This document shows positions 24,480-37,341 of a stretch of 64,000 nucleotides of DNA, piece by piece. The stretch is taken from assembly GCA_051294375.1 (NCBI GenBank), contig CM119265.1:19803218-19867217 (forward strand). The letters run 5' to 3'. Every line of letters starts with the position of its first letter. The stretch's first letter is position 1. Below the pieces are notes generated by a model. It ran no database searches, was not told the origin of the DNA, and saw nothing but the letters and a program-made list of their open reading frames with translations. Position numbers and translations under genes: made by a program. The stretch comes from Paraspadella gotoi (taxonomy: Eukaryota > Animalia > Chaetognatha).

Positions 24480-26250
24480 GAGGCTGGGACGTCGACTCAA
24501 TTAAATCACCTCCAATTCATTGATTTACAACGTCTCAGCAAGCTCAGCAAGCCAACCAATGATGTGCACTCGTAGATCGTGCTGTGTCCTTGTTGCAACT
24601 GTGGCGACGACGTCAAATCAGACCACGACTCTCTGAATTTATAAGACAACTTAGGGATCTGCCATCTTAAAGAAGCCTCATTCTTCTCACTGTTGACTCG
24701 ATGCAATTTAATTCGGTTTGAAAGAACGGGAACAAAGGCGATTGAAATCACTTCCCAGCTCCAAGCAAAATCTCTATTGTGACACAATTTAGAATCAGGT
24801 GTTGACCCTATCAGTGAAGGAAGCACAGATGTAAAGAAGAATGGACAATAATTGGTTTCTACAGTCTTCATTAAGAGATGTTCCACAGCGGTATGTTGAA
24901 AGACATGAACATAAAAAGTCGGTGAATACAAAAGAACATGCGTCAATAACTAAAGCAAGATGATTCAAGATATTTTTAAAGTCATAAGTGATTGATTGAT
25001 GACCGAGGACTGTGCATGTGTTTTGTTGTCAAAAGGCGGGATGGGCAGGAACATGCAAAGCACTGAAGTACTTAGCCTGCGGTGCTGCGAAACACAGTGC
25101 ACTCAAGATCTGACAATGAACGAGTAGCCTCAGTGTGCAAATTGCGGAAAGCACGCACGCAAACTCAATCTTGCCCAGCTGTATTAAAATCCTTGTCAGC
25201 AAACAAAGAAATGCGACAAAAGGAAGTCGAAGTGTATTCCTTCAAACTCACAACGTCAAGTCCAATGACTATCGCCAAGTTAGGCGAATAAGTAACAGAG
25301 AGCAGTAGAAGATCCACGCAACATTAATCACTCTCTCTTTTGTTTATGTTATGATAAGCACCCATGGAAGAGATTACAGACATGTCTGATGCAGAATCGT
25401 GACAACTGTGGTCCAATGTCACCAGAGGCTCGATCAATGAAGCATTTTGGAATAGTGTTAATAAGAAAGAAATCATACGATGAGCTGTGTAACAACTTTC
25501 ACAATTAAACATTACTCTGAATGGTACATCTATTAACGTCGATGGGTCTTTACTACCCAAATATACTCCTAGCAGACACAACACCTGAATCAGAGAAAAC
25601 AAACATCAAGCATCCTTGAATCTCACAAAGACCAGATAATGTGGGGGGGGTGTGTGCAGGTTCCTGCGGCTCACGATGGACTGTGCTGTGGTCAAAAGAG
25701 GCGAGCGTGTCAGAGCGGAACAACATCTCGAATGCAAAAATACTCTTCAAAGAAGGAGAGTCGGGTAGGGTACTGCGCCGGAGACACGGGAGTCGGTGGT
25801 GTCTTGAGGGTAGGCGAGAACTGGGGTGCGACGAAAGATGGAAAAATGATCAGTCAAGATTATGCTCTTATGTAAATCAGTCAAACATGAGGCTCGATAG
25901 TGTAAATATACGTGGCGGGTATGAATGCGGTAAGTGGATCGTCAAGAAAGACCAGAGGTTGCTAGAACTCAAAGCAGATGTATTGACTCTCTATCACCGA
26001 AAAAGAATATGATCGTTGATTTATTTTCAATTGATATGAGGGGTGATAGGACACAAACGGCAACGAGATAGATGGGGATTGAAAAATGTTCAAGTTATCA
26101 TAAGTAGGACGTAATGAACTGGTCACATACGAGAGCTGTGTTCTGGATGGCGTAGGTAGTTGCCTCCTGTAGGCAGAATTCGCTGTGTGGTAAATTGAGG
26201 TCTGCTAAAGCAAATTAAGGGAGATCTTTGATTTGAAATAATTTTAAAGG
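24480..26250 (+). mobile_element. Decayed 5' part of a CR1/L2-like non-LTR retrotransposon (ORF1 with PHD-like and SGNH-esterase-like remnants, start of ORF2 AP endonuclease)
   Basis: Intronless, microsatellite-free block. CPCCNCGDDVKSDHDSL at ~24585. Frameshifted IAKLGE / APMEEITD / GSINEA / GSLLPK / LWSK fragments at 25270-25700 in SGNH motif order. MRLDSVNIRGG..LLELKADVLTL from 25887 resembles the endonuclease N-terminus. No RT domain seen. Confidence 0.5.
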
Positions 26251-28084
26251 GTGGCCAAAAATAATTCTTGCACAGTTGTACATATCACAGGCGCATATGT
26301 TCCTTTTGGGCGTCTTCGGGAAAGAGAGTGGCGTTTGTGTGGCATCGGCGACGGGCGTTGGGTTGAGATGGAATTGGGGTGTCACGGGTCGGGAGGAAAA
26401 AAGAACAGAAAAGAGAGAATGGAATGGAATTGGAAACAAGGAAGAAGATAAGGAAAAAAAATTAAAAACGGAATAGGGGAAAAAGAATAAAGTTCCATCC
26501 ATCTTTGGACTTTCAAGGAAGAGGTATTAGTAAAATGACTGATGCGTATTGTATACGCATAAGAAATAGGAATTAACAAATGACGTGACAAATAAGCGAT
26601 TTCTTTAAGGAGAATCAATAGCGTGACAAGGGATTTTCACGGTTCCAAGTGGATTTAATGGCGTGACGGACTTCTGAAATTCCGCCACGCCGATTCCTCA
26701 GAATCCACTTAACATAAATCGATAAACTTCTCGCTCGAGCTAGCGTCTCTTCAATCCCGGGGTGACAGAGCGTAATGGAATCCCAAAGCCTCGAGCGCTA
26801 GACCATCTAACAGCTCGCCATTTTTCTCCCAAACTGTCCAGACAACCAGCCCTCCTTTTATTTCGCAGTTTCTTCACACAAATGCTTAAAACACAGTGGA
26901 GAGCAGTAATTGACGATCCTCATTTTACGCTTGCATGACATTACAACCGGACGCTCCATTGCACGGTTAAAGCTCTATTGAAATCCCTAACCCGTTGTTA
27001 CATCGCAGTCCCTTAGTTTTAAATCGAAAGAAAATTACGACCAATCACGACGCGAGTTTCGTGCGAGTTTCATCGAGATAGACGACGACGATGACGACGA
27101 CGAAAACAGATAAACATTCTGTGTCTACGACAGCATAAAAATCCCTTTTAAGTGCTTTTCTTCAGGACACCGCCTCGACTCAACTTGGCTTTCGGTCCAA
27201 CAATAATACTTTTATGGATTTGAATTCAGTGTTTCCAGTTTTGTAGTTACTACATACTTGTAAAACTTTTTGAACTTAAAAATTTAAAAAAATCATATTT
27301 GGGAGATATTGTATTGTTTCTTTCGATTCGTTGAGTTTAATTTAGAAACGAAATAACAAGTTTTTAATGGTTTACAACAAATAAACTTCGAAACATTTTC
27401 ATGTAAAAACTATTTTGTCGTTGTTTTAAACCATTAAAAACTTATTATTTCGTTTGTAAAATAATATTTTAAGATATTATCATAATATCAATTATCATGT
27501 TCGACAAAATCACACTTTCCTCAAACACTGAGAAATAAACTTTTATGGTGTGAACGAGAAATTCAGTTAACGATGATTTCCTACGGTGTGTGTGCGTGTG
27601 TGTGTGTNNNNNNNNNNNNNNNNNNNNNNNNNGTGTGTGAGAGATGAGAGAGGAGATGAGAGAGAGAGGAGAGAGGAGAGAGGGATGTGGGGGGTTGGTT
27701 TGCTGAGGGGGGTTTAGGGATTCGGGAGCGTCTCGGCTTGTTGGTAGGATAGGGAGGGGATAGGGGAGGATAGTTGAGAGTTGGGCAGGAAGCATTGGAA
27801 ACGTTGAGTTAGTTTATGACTTTCGGGTGAGTTGAGAAAGCTTAATGTTTTTATTCTTTTTATTTATTTTTATTTTTCGATGTGTTGATTCGATCAACGT
27901 GCGATATTAAAGCCCCCTGATGTCGTGCTAGTTTTAATTTAACTGTATTTATTATTATCATTCTTGATTATCAAATCGTCTATGAATTATTGCGAAATAC
28001 AAGGATTCTATCCTCTCAAGTCTCAACCATTTTACAATTGTGTTCCCTATCTCCTCCTCCTCCTCCTCTCTATTCCTGCCCAAG

Positions 28085-28456
28085 GTGTCTAATGAGCTGC
28101 GACACTCGCAAGGGCGGCGCTGGATTCGACGAGCATCTCTACATGAGCGTCGCCAATCTAATGGAGCTGTCGTTGTCGGCGGGGCTGCAGATCGCGCGTT
28201 CACATCCTCTGGAGTTTCACGGACACCGGAATGTTATCTTTTGCTCTACTTTTGCCGATGGCCAATTGAACCGTGACGGTGTCGCTGATGCTCTTGTTGG
28301 CGTGCAGGATAAAGGAATTCTTTTCTTTGTTTATCCTTCAAATCACTGGTCCATCAGTTTGGTTCTAATAAAACATCGGTTTTTATAAACCTTTTTTGCT
28401 TCTTTCTTTAATTTTTTATATCTAAGTTAACGCTTATCCATCTTTTAATTATCTAT

Positions 28457-28495
<39 letters not shown>

Positions 28496-28697
28496 TCTCT
28501 CTCTCTCTCCCTCTCTTTTATATATATATCCATTTATGAAGGTCCCAGTTTTTGGTTTCACTCTCACCCGCGACCGCACCGGCGAAAGACGGCCTCAAAA
28601 CCCCAGAGCATCTTCAGGCCCGGCGTCCCACATTTTCCCGGTGTCGGCATCAGCGTCAGTTTTCGATCTGCGGTTCTCGTTGTTGTTGTTCTTCTAA
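28085..28697 (+). CDS. Orphan gene, last two exons, hydrophobic C-terminus
   Basis: Pyrimidine tract + AAG acceptor, exon 28085-28361 (CLMSCDTRKGGAGFDEHLYMSVANLMELSLSAG..NHWSISL). In-phase exon 28542-28697 ends ..SASASVFDLRFSLLLFF*. The donor (GTTCTA) is weak. Confidence 0.4.
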
Positions 28698-29937
28698 AAT
28701 AATGCAGTGATTTTCGCACATTTGTTTCTACCGAGTCTTAGGGCTAAGCCACTTTTATTGTAATCTTAATTTGGATTTTATGTAAGATAGGTTACAATCA
28801 CTATGTCTGATTTTTCCTCTCGCTACTTAAAACGTCTCTCAACCGGGAAGAAGACAACACAACAACGACGAAAGCAACCGAGCGTCACCATCTCGCATTT
28901 CTATTTTCCATTTCTTTCTCAGTTCCAAAAAGTCGAATTCGAAGGGCAACTGGAGATTTAAACTTCCCCTTCCTCCTCCTCCTACTCCTCCTCCTCCTCC
29001 AACCCTCTTCTCCTCCTTCTCCTCCTTCTTCTCCCCTCACTTAAATATCGATTCTCCCCGAAAGAGAACAGAGATGTTAGTCCTCCAATTAAACAGTAGT
29101 CAAAGCTTTATTGCCTTAACTTCTTTCCATTAACCTTTCATTCTTTCATTTAAGCTCTTTAATTCACTTAGTTTAAAGGTAGTACATTTTGTTTCGCGAA
29201 TCAATATTTTGAATGTACATTATAAATATCCTTCTTTTCCTATTTGCCTCCTTCTCCTCGTGTTGCCTCTTTCTAATTGGATCTCTGAAAACACCTTGAT
29301 TAGACGATAGCACCTTTTTTCCATAACTAAAATTACTATCTTTAAGATAGAAAACCAGAAACGAAAAAGTAAGCATGGAGAGACACCACAAACGAAGATA
29401 TGCGGGCGCCTTAACTTTCAATATCCTCATCCTTCCCGATCCTTACTCGCTTCTTTTCGCGCTTCTTTCCTTCCCCGCCCACCGAGTTCAAATTCTCATC
29501 GATCCCCAGCTCGCTCCCCCTCTTTCTTCTTATCTTCGATCCCTCCTCTTCCCTAATCCCCATCTCCTCCCCCCCTAGTCCCCCAAACCCGAAGCGATTT
29601 GCATTTTTTTTTTTCAAAACCCGAGATTCGATTTCCCTTTTTTTTTTTTTTTGTCGGCAGGAGAAACGTGAAGGACTCCCGCGTGGGCGAACACGCTCTT
29701 GGCCGACGAAGAGAGACGACCGACGAGCCGACAGAGTTGCGACCCCGAGGGAAATCAAGTGAGGGACAGCGTGAAACGTGAAGGGTGCTGTGAGGGGAAT
29801 AAAACGCTGCCTGCAGTTGTAAAGCCTTGTGAAAATTGCCAGCGGAAAAAAAAAAAGTGGGTTGTGAGTTGGACTGATATATTGCAAGGGCTCTACCTCC
29901 ACACAATTTTCAATTATAACAATTGTTTTGAAGTCAT

Positions 29938-29969
<32 letters not shown>

Positions 29970-30712
29970 ATTTTTGAATTTATTCAATGGGGCTTTTTAG
30001 GCACAGAAAAAAAAAGAAAGGAGAGAGAGAGAGAGAGAGAGAGATGAGAGTGTGTGTGTGAAGGTGTTTCTCCTCACGCCGCGGGAGTCGCGCGTTCTAG
30101 ACGTCGCCCGTTCCTGTGTTAGATGACGAAGGATCTTTTCTACATGAATACTTGAATCTTTTGCTGAAATATCGAGTCGGAATTCTTGATGAATATTAAG
30201 ACGCCGAAAAAGATTTCCAAATATTTATTAATCAAGTATATAAAAAAGTCCCGTAAAACTGTAATCCAGAAACGGGTGATGATGAAACTTTTTAATTGAG
30301 TCTCAAAGTGTAAAACTAAAACGTTAGTTTCTCTCTTTCTGTAAATTTTGAGGTGACCAGACCAAAGATATCAGACCGATAGGTACAAATTACCACCCAG
30401 ATAGAAACCAAAAGAGACGTAACGAGTGAGAGGGAGAAAAAGAGGAGGCGAGGCCATAATATTCACAGAGAGAGAGATGAGAGAGAGAGAGAGAGGAGAG
30501 AGAGAAAAGAGACAGACGCTAGACGCAGACGCAGGAAAGACAAGCGATTCTTTATCAGATGGGATAATAATTTCTAAATTTAATTCCCTTCCTCCATTCT
30601 CCGTCGGTTCGCCTCTTAACGAACTTGAGACTTGGCAATGAAACGAGGGAATTTCTAAGGAAAAACCGAAGAAGCGATTAAGACGGCGAAGAGCACGAAG
30701 AATAATTGAAAC

Positions 30713-31568
30713 TTGTTTATCGCTCGAGAGAGTTTGGATGGAGCGGCCATTAAAGGGACGAAGGACGAGGGAATAATAAAACGGAGACGGCGCGAGCTGG
30801 GGGAACTGAAGGCGGCCTGCGGCGAACGGCGGCCGCATGCCGATGATTACAAGAATGAGATGAAAAATACATGATGCTCATGAGGAAGCGAAAAGAACGG
30901 TTGTTCCCTTGTTGACGATAATCGAAGTATGATCGATTGGTTCACATGAGACTATTTGGATTAAGGTGATAATAATGACATTATTAAAAAAAACCGGATG
31001 TATTCAATTTACACAATTCTGAGAAATTGTAAACTTTCGGAAATTGCCATCTCCAAACCCACCCTGATACTCTTCCAACAGGCTGAGGCTGCGTCGTGTT
31101 ACGCACAACTTAAATGCTGAAAAGACACGAAGTTATGAAGCAGAACAATCCTCACCTACCCCAAGCAGAAGACGGGAGAAGTTTGGCCAAGCGGTTTCTC
31201 GATGAAGCGATGGCACGCGGATGCCACCAATCCTAAACTTTCGGCCTCGGGTTATAAATTTTGTTAACGTTGGTACAAAAATATTAAGGTCTTTTACACT
31301 TGTCGATGAAGACATTTCATTGAAATGACAAATTTTGCTATAAAAGTTCCCGCGGGCGAAGAGTCCTGACCCGTCAACGCCCGGCGTGATGTCCAAACGT
31401 CGGACAATACACGACGAAAGTCTCGACAGAGCAGATCGGCGATGACAATGGACGCCCAGGTGAGGGCGAAAGTTAGGGATGGTTGTGCCCATGAAAGCGG
31501 CGGGGGGTCCAAGCGACAGCGATACTCCACAGGAAAGGCTACGATGGGAGGTTGGCTCTTCATCCCCT
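30713..31568 (-). CDS. Orphan multi-exon gene fragment
   Basis: Phase-compatible exons 31568-31156 (GDEEPTSHRSLSCG..NFSRLLLGV), 31116-31063 (FKLCVTRRSLSLLEEYQ) and 30876-~30713 (SCIFHLILVIIGMRPPFAAGRLQFP..). No family recognised. Confidence 0.4.
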
Positions 31569-34210
31569 CTGAACAGTCTTATCTTTCATTCTATTTTTCC
31601 ACGATTTCATGAAACCTTTTCCGGAAATGCGCTTTGCTTCAAACCATCTTTTGTCTTCTAATTCCGATTGCATAATATATGAAATATGCGCAGGTTTCTC
31701 GTTTTCCAGCTACGATTCTCGTAATGACCGGGACAGCGCGGTTGAAACAAGAACAAATCTTTCAATTTCAACATTTTCCACTGCCAGTTTTTGAAACGGA
31801 ATTCGTTCTCGCTTTATTTTTTTCGATTTATATAGTTGGTAAAGATTTGAAACTTTTGATACAACGTATTATTTGAGTTATTTCATTTTAATTTTGACAG
31901 ATGCCGTGCGTCGCCAACGCCGTGCCCCTTTCATTTACCCCGCAGGGCGGTCTCATCGCTTCAAATTGCCTAAAGATCATCAAATAAAATGTCATTGAAT
32001 TATTAAAAAACTTTTTTTTAAGTATTTGAAACTACGAAACGTGGCGATCATGAAATTATCAGCCTCTTTTGATTGTTTTACGAATTAGGGAATTGAATTG
32101 AAAAACGGTTTATTACTCTGTAAACTTACTGACTATATTCATAATTTAAATCATTTAAGCCAGTTTTAACTAATTACTTTTTCCGTAGCCACACCCTATA
32201 AAAGTCGATAGTTAACATATTTTAGTAATGATGTTACAACAGAACTGTCCCTATGATCTCTAATCTGGCACTCTTATCAGATCTTTCATATAGTAACCAT
32301 ATCTTCTTTACCTCTCCCATCAGTGTGTAAAAACTACTACAGTCCTCTTCTTCTCATTTGACATTGTACAAACTCCAGCTGTATGAAGGAATTGTAAAGT
32401 TAGTTTTTACTTTGGACTGTTCATATTTAAACAAGGCACAGGAAGTGAGGTCCTTTAGGTGTATTACCGCCACCAAAATTTAAAAAATAGAAATGGGACT
32501 GATAAGATATTCATTTTGAAGTTTATCAACTTATCTTGTATTAAAATTTAAGAACTATGAATTGAAAAATACAATCTTTTTCTTTTTTTTTTTTTGCAGA
32601 CTTAAAAATATATACATTTTTATCACTCTTATTATTTTACCTTTGTAAATTCTGAAAGCGGGTGAGAGCTGTGTATTTTAATTTAACCACTATCGAAAAA
32701 CGAAAACAAACTTAAATGCATTAATTTTTATTATATCTAGTTTTCGGTTTAGCCAACTTTTTGGCTTAACACAATATTTATGTTTTTTAATAAATCTCCT
32801 CCCTGCAATAACACATATGAAATATATGTTTCGTGCTCTCATATCTTTTTTTTATGCACTAGTCTCAGCCAAAACAGCTATCAAGACGCAAGAGCATTAC
32901 TAATTCCAAATAACATTTCTGCCTTCATATTAAATATAGCGTTACAAGCAAACATCACACCCCGCCGATCAGCTCAAATACCAACGTACATATTAATAAA
33001 ATCACTTTCAGGCCAGGTGCGAGACTACGAACAGATAACAAAAATGTTATTACGAGAAAAATAATTAAGACATTATTAAAAACTGATCATGCCAAACCAT
33101 CGGCGAGTTCGAACTTTCAGAAACGTCCTAGGCGTCGGCACCACAGGCGGCTCGCGCACAGTTGGTAACAAAATCGAAGAAGACCAAGTATCATCTCATG
33201 CAACTAACCACCGCCAAACATTCCGCTTGAATTTTTATCGCCATTCCAGCTGTTTTCAATCAATAGCAATCGCATAGGCTTTTTCAGTTTTGTACTTTTG
33301 CGGGGACCAACTTGCGTTTCTAGAATAAACTAAAGGAAATCATAAAATGCCGGGAAATCATTTAAAATCTATTTAATAATTAATAAATGATAGTGAATAA
33401 ATAATTCTCATTAAAGAAATTTTAAAACGATTTAGAGTACTATATAAACTACGAATACCAATTCACTCATTTCTATTTTAGATTTTGGCAGATTTAGATC
33501 TTTCGTCTCTACACTTACACACATCCACATTCCATGCTAAAATGGCAGACGAAACAATTCCCTGCCTCAACGAAGAACGGGGTACAGCAAATGATTTGCC
33601 GAGTCATGCATGAACCCAATTACCTCTGTGTGATGGTAAGTTCATCCGCTTGGTAAGTGCGGCACTTAAAATATTTTTGATTACTACAGTATTGTGGAGA
33701 CTTTACTTGATAAATATTTTTTAGAAAAATCAGAAAGGAAAAAATATCTTACATGATCGCAAAGCGTCATCAACAAAAAGAGGAAAACATAAAAGCCAAA
33801 ACAGTAAAAGTTACAATGGCCAATGACCATGGCTAATAAACATTAACAACTAGAGCAAATCATGAACGTAAGTAAACGAGATTAACTGGTACTTGGACAA
33901 GTTTAACTAACCGACTAAACGATTAAGTTGTCGTTTGCTCGTGCCATCGACTTGTAAAGTTGTTGTTGTTTTGTTGTTGTTTAGACCGCTAAAAGTATTT
34001 TATTTATTTTATTTATTCATCCCATCAAACTCCATTTGTTATTTTTATCGATAATAATGTAAGAAGAAGTAAGCAGTTGACAGAAGGAGTTTGCGTTTTT
34101 CGGTATTAAGGAATATATATTCATTTGTGAAAATGTAATTGCTAAGAGTCATTGGCAACACTTTTCTATCCAATCGATATTTATTTGAGCAGACGATCCC
34201 AACCAAATCA

Positions 34211-35219
34211 ATGACCGCCGACGAAGACGGAAAACGGAGAATCCGAGCAAATTCGCGATCAGGATCGATTTCCTACGATTAGCCAATGTCCAGCCAAGAT
34301 CATGGAAAGACAGGTATGCTTTCCCTGCAGACGAGAAATTTATTTGGTCTAAGGGCTCAGAGACGTAAGCTTTATGACCCAGAGCCCAATATATTATTTA
34401 AATCACCGTTGCCGAGTTTGGCATCATTTCTTACCGAAGCAGATTGTTCTCTTGAACCCAGACCTTTCCATCGAGGCATCAGCATTCGTCGAGCGTTGGC
34501 GCATTATAAGATCGATATAAATCTCTCTTCTTCAATTTTCCTCCATTTCTCTCAGAATTCCGTCCAACGGGTAAATCGCCAAGGGACGCTAGAAAGAGCT
34601 GCGTCACAAGAGACGTGCTGTGCCTCCGACAGTTACATTAGTACATCTGTCTCGTCCATAGAGTGCCACATTCGGTACACGCAGTCGGCCGACAGATGTC
34701 ACCCAGCGAGAAGCGGAAGACGCATCAACGGAGAGGATCTGCTCTTTCGCGATCGTCGACCGCTCGGATTCGATTCTTACGGTTGGACCGTTTGAAGGAT
34801 GTTCCTCGAATACAGGACTCGTTGGAAATTTCGCGAAAAGACGCGGCGTCGTCGTTGTGCCGGAGCAAAACTCAGACGACGTACGATGCGTGCAGGAATC
34901 GTGACTTATCGTCTAAATGATTTTTAAAGTGTCTGCCATAATTAATATAATTTTAATCGCATCAACCGATAACAATACATTTCTCCCGGTCCAGGCTACC
35001 ATTCAAGGCCGAACACGCGGCAACGGCTGTATCCAACTTTGTCCGCGCTCCCGCAAAACCGTCAGCATTCATTCCACGATACGCGGTCGAGAGCGACGCA
35101 CGTCACGCATTCAGACTCGCCGCGCCCCAGCAGCACCACCTGCAGGCGCTAGAATATATACACTGCCGCGTAATCAGCAGCAGGGAGACATGCAGCAGCA
35201 GATACATTATCAGACTTAA
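34211..35219 (+). CDS. NFYB: Nuclear transcription factor Y subunit beta (histone fold), frameshifted by sequence errors
   Basis: Exon 34211-34313 gives EQIRDQDRF..ANV.AKIM across frames. Exon 34556-~34820 gives IPSNG/IAK/DAR, ADRCH, SEKRKT, INGEDLLF and LGFDSY. Exon 34995-35219 ends QQQGDMQQQIHYQT*. This matches the NF-YB core REQDRFLPIANVARIMK..GKIAKDAKECVQE..EKRKTINGEDILFAMSTLGFDSY. Confidence 0.9.
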
Positions 35220-36984
35220 ATGATGATGACGATCTCACTCTCGTTCTAGTGACGTGTTGTTTTGTTCTCCCTCATCTTGAATTTAAGATATTCAATGATT
35301 GAAATCGTAAGTTGGATGAAAAGTCTTTGTTCTTTGATTCCCTTTTTCAGTGTCGCATCATAATTTTGTAGAATCTACAATCTTCTAGAATGACTTTCAG
35401 AATTTACTGTAGCACCACAAAATATTAATTTTTAATATTTCGTATTCGTTTTGTGCATGATATGCGTTTAAAAAAGTAGATTCGTGAAGAGGCACAAAAA
35501 GCGGAAATTACCAGAAAGAAAAAAAGATAAATTAAGCTGGACAGATAAGATTACAATTGGAGAATGAATTATTAGACTGTTAGAAAATAGACATTTTTTT
35601 GATATAAGCAAATCAGGACGGATTGAATGTTTTGAGAAAACAATGGGAAACTGCTCTCAAAATTCTACAATTCTTACGATATTGCTTGCTGACGCACGGG
35701 ATTTAAAAATTGTCATGTAATTTAAAATATTGTTTTGATTTAGCTACGTTGCGAATCTAATGGCGATTGGTGGGTCCGGGAAGAAGAGCGGGAGTTATTA
35801 ACCTGGAGCGTCTCTCTATACAAAGCTTTTCATCAGTGACGTTCTAGATTTATTGAAATTCCAGGCTTCCACTTGCATTAGTTGCAGTGGTAATAATTAC
35901 ACTAAAAACCACAAAAACCCGTTGAAGGAAAAAACGCGATAAATTACGAGAAATGAGCTAGCACGAATAGCTACCGAACTCATGCCTCTTTGTTAAACGT
36001 GTCTTTAAGGGGCCGCGATGGCCAGATAAACTCTTAAAAACTGCTATGTAGAATATATAAAGAAAGCACAAAAGCATTTTATCGGGAGAGAGTGATAGTT
36101 TGCGGCCAAGAGAGGCAATATATGCAAAGCCTCTGTGACAGCGCTCATATTGGATGCGATGGAATTTTGAGCGGAATCACAATTAAAGCTTAAGATCGGC
36201 CACCGACGCCAATTCCCAAGCCGCCGCCGCCGCCGCCGCCGCCGCCAGCTGCTTTCCACATATCAGAGATAACTGCGCCGACAACAACAACAACTACGTT
36301 GAGTAGTGTCAGTTTTTCAGCGAGTAGTCGACGCCTCTGTCAAAGTACGAGCTCCGATTTCTTTCCAACCAACTCGTTTCAACTCACATCACATCACACC
36401 ACCGTCTAATCATCATCATCCTTCCAACGCTAATGGTTTCGTTATCGAAGCGTCGAGAAATTCCCCACCCTTTCACCCTTTCACCCTTTCGTCCTTTCAC
36501 TTCCGCTTTGCCATCTTTTCACTTTGAGGCCCCGTTCCCTTTAGGATCACCTACGGGAGCAACCACAACGAAGGAAGGACGGAATTGGGTAGGCACGGCT
36601 GCAACGGATGTATGACGGGGCAGCGCAGTGCCTAACTATTTTGGCGCCGTCATACTAGTTTTATTTTCGAAGTTTTTAAAATACGAATTTTTAAAATCCT
36701 TTTCGGAAACTGTTCGAATCGCCGCATAGCTGATTTTCCCCACAAAATCAAAGCGTAAAAGTTCGAATCAGAAAATCTCCGTCAAGATAACATATAATCA
36801 AAGTTTATAAATAGTTCTATTGGTAACGATTCTCGACGCTTCAAGCCTGTCCTGTTCTTTTGTTTGTTTGATTTTTTGTTTTGTTTTTTTTTTATATATT
36901 TTCCAATTACGTTTATTGGTTTAGAATCGCAAATATTTTTTTCTCGGCGTAATGATTGTTGTGTGAAAGAGATAATGGAGAAAA

Positions 36985-37050
36985 AGAGCGTTCTTCTTTT
37001 GTTTTGAATTAGTTTTCACGTGCGTTTTCTATTAAAGTTTGATCTCTCAC

Positions 37051-37084
<34 letters not shown>

Positions 37085-37168
37085 CTCTCTCTCTCTTCCC
37101 TTTCGTGATAAAGATCGTTTTCTTTCGTTTTCAATTAGTTTCACTGTTCTATTAAAGTTTTGACTCTT

Positions 37169-37216
<48 letters not shown>

Positions 37217-37288
37217 TCCCTTCGTGATAAAGGATCGTTTTCTTTCGGTTGAATTAGTTTTTCACTTGTTCTATTAAAGTTTGACTCG

Positions 37289-37341
<53 letters not shown>

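Noticed and set aside
26715-26822. Possible tRNA or tRNA-derived SINE head on the minus strand (TGGCGAGCTGTTAGATGGTCTAGCGCTCG..)
   Set aside because: A-box-like only. There is no convincing B box or cloverleaf and no second copy in the window.
27680-27790. G-run cluster with G-quadruplex potential
   Set aside because: It is adjacent to microsatellites and a gap. Such purine-rich tracts are common here.
35740-36655. GC-rich exon-like patches including a (GCC)n tract
   Set aside because: No consistent frame or recognisable family, and the region is error-rich.
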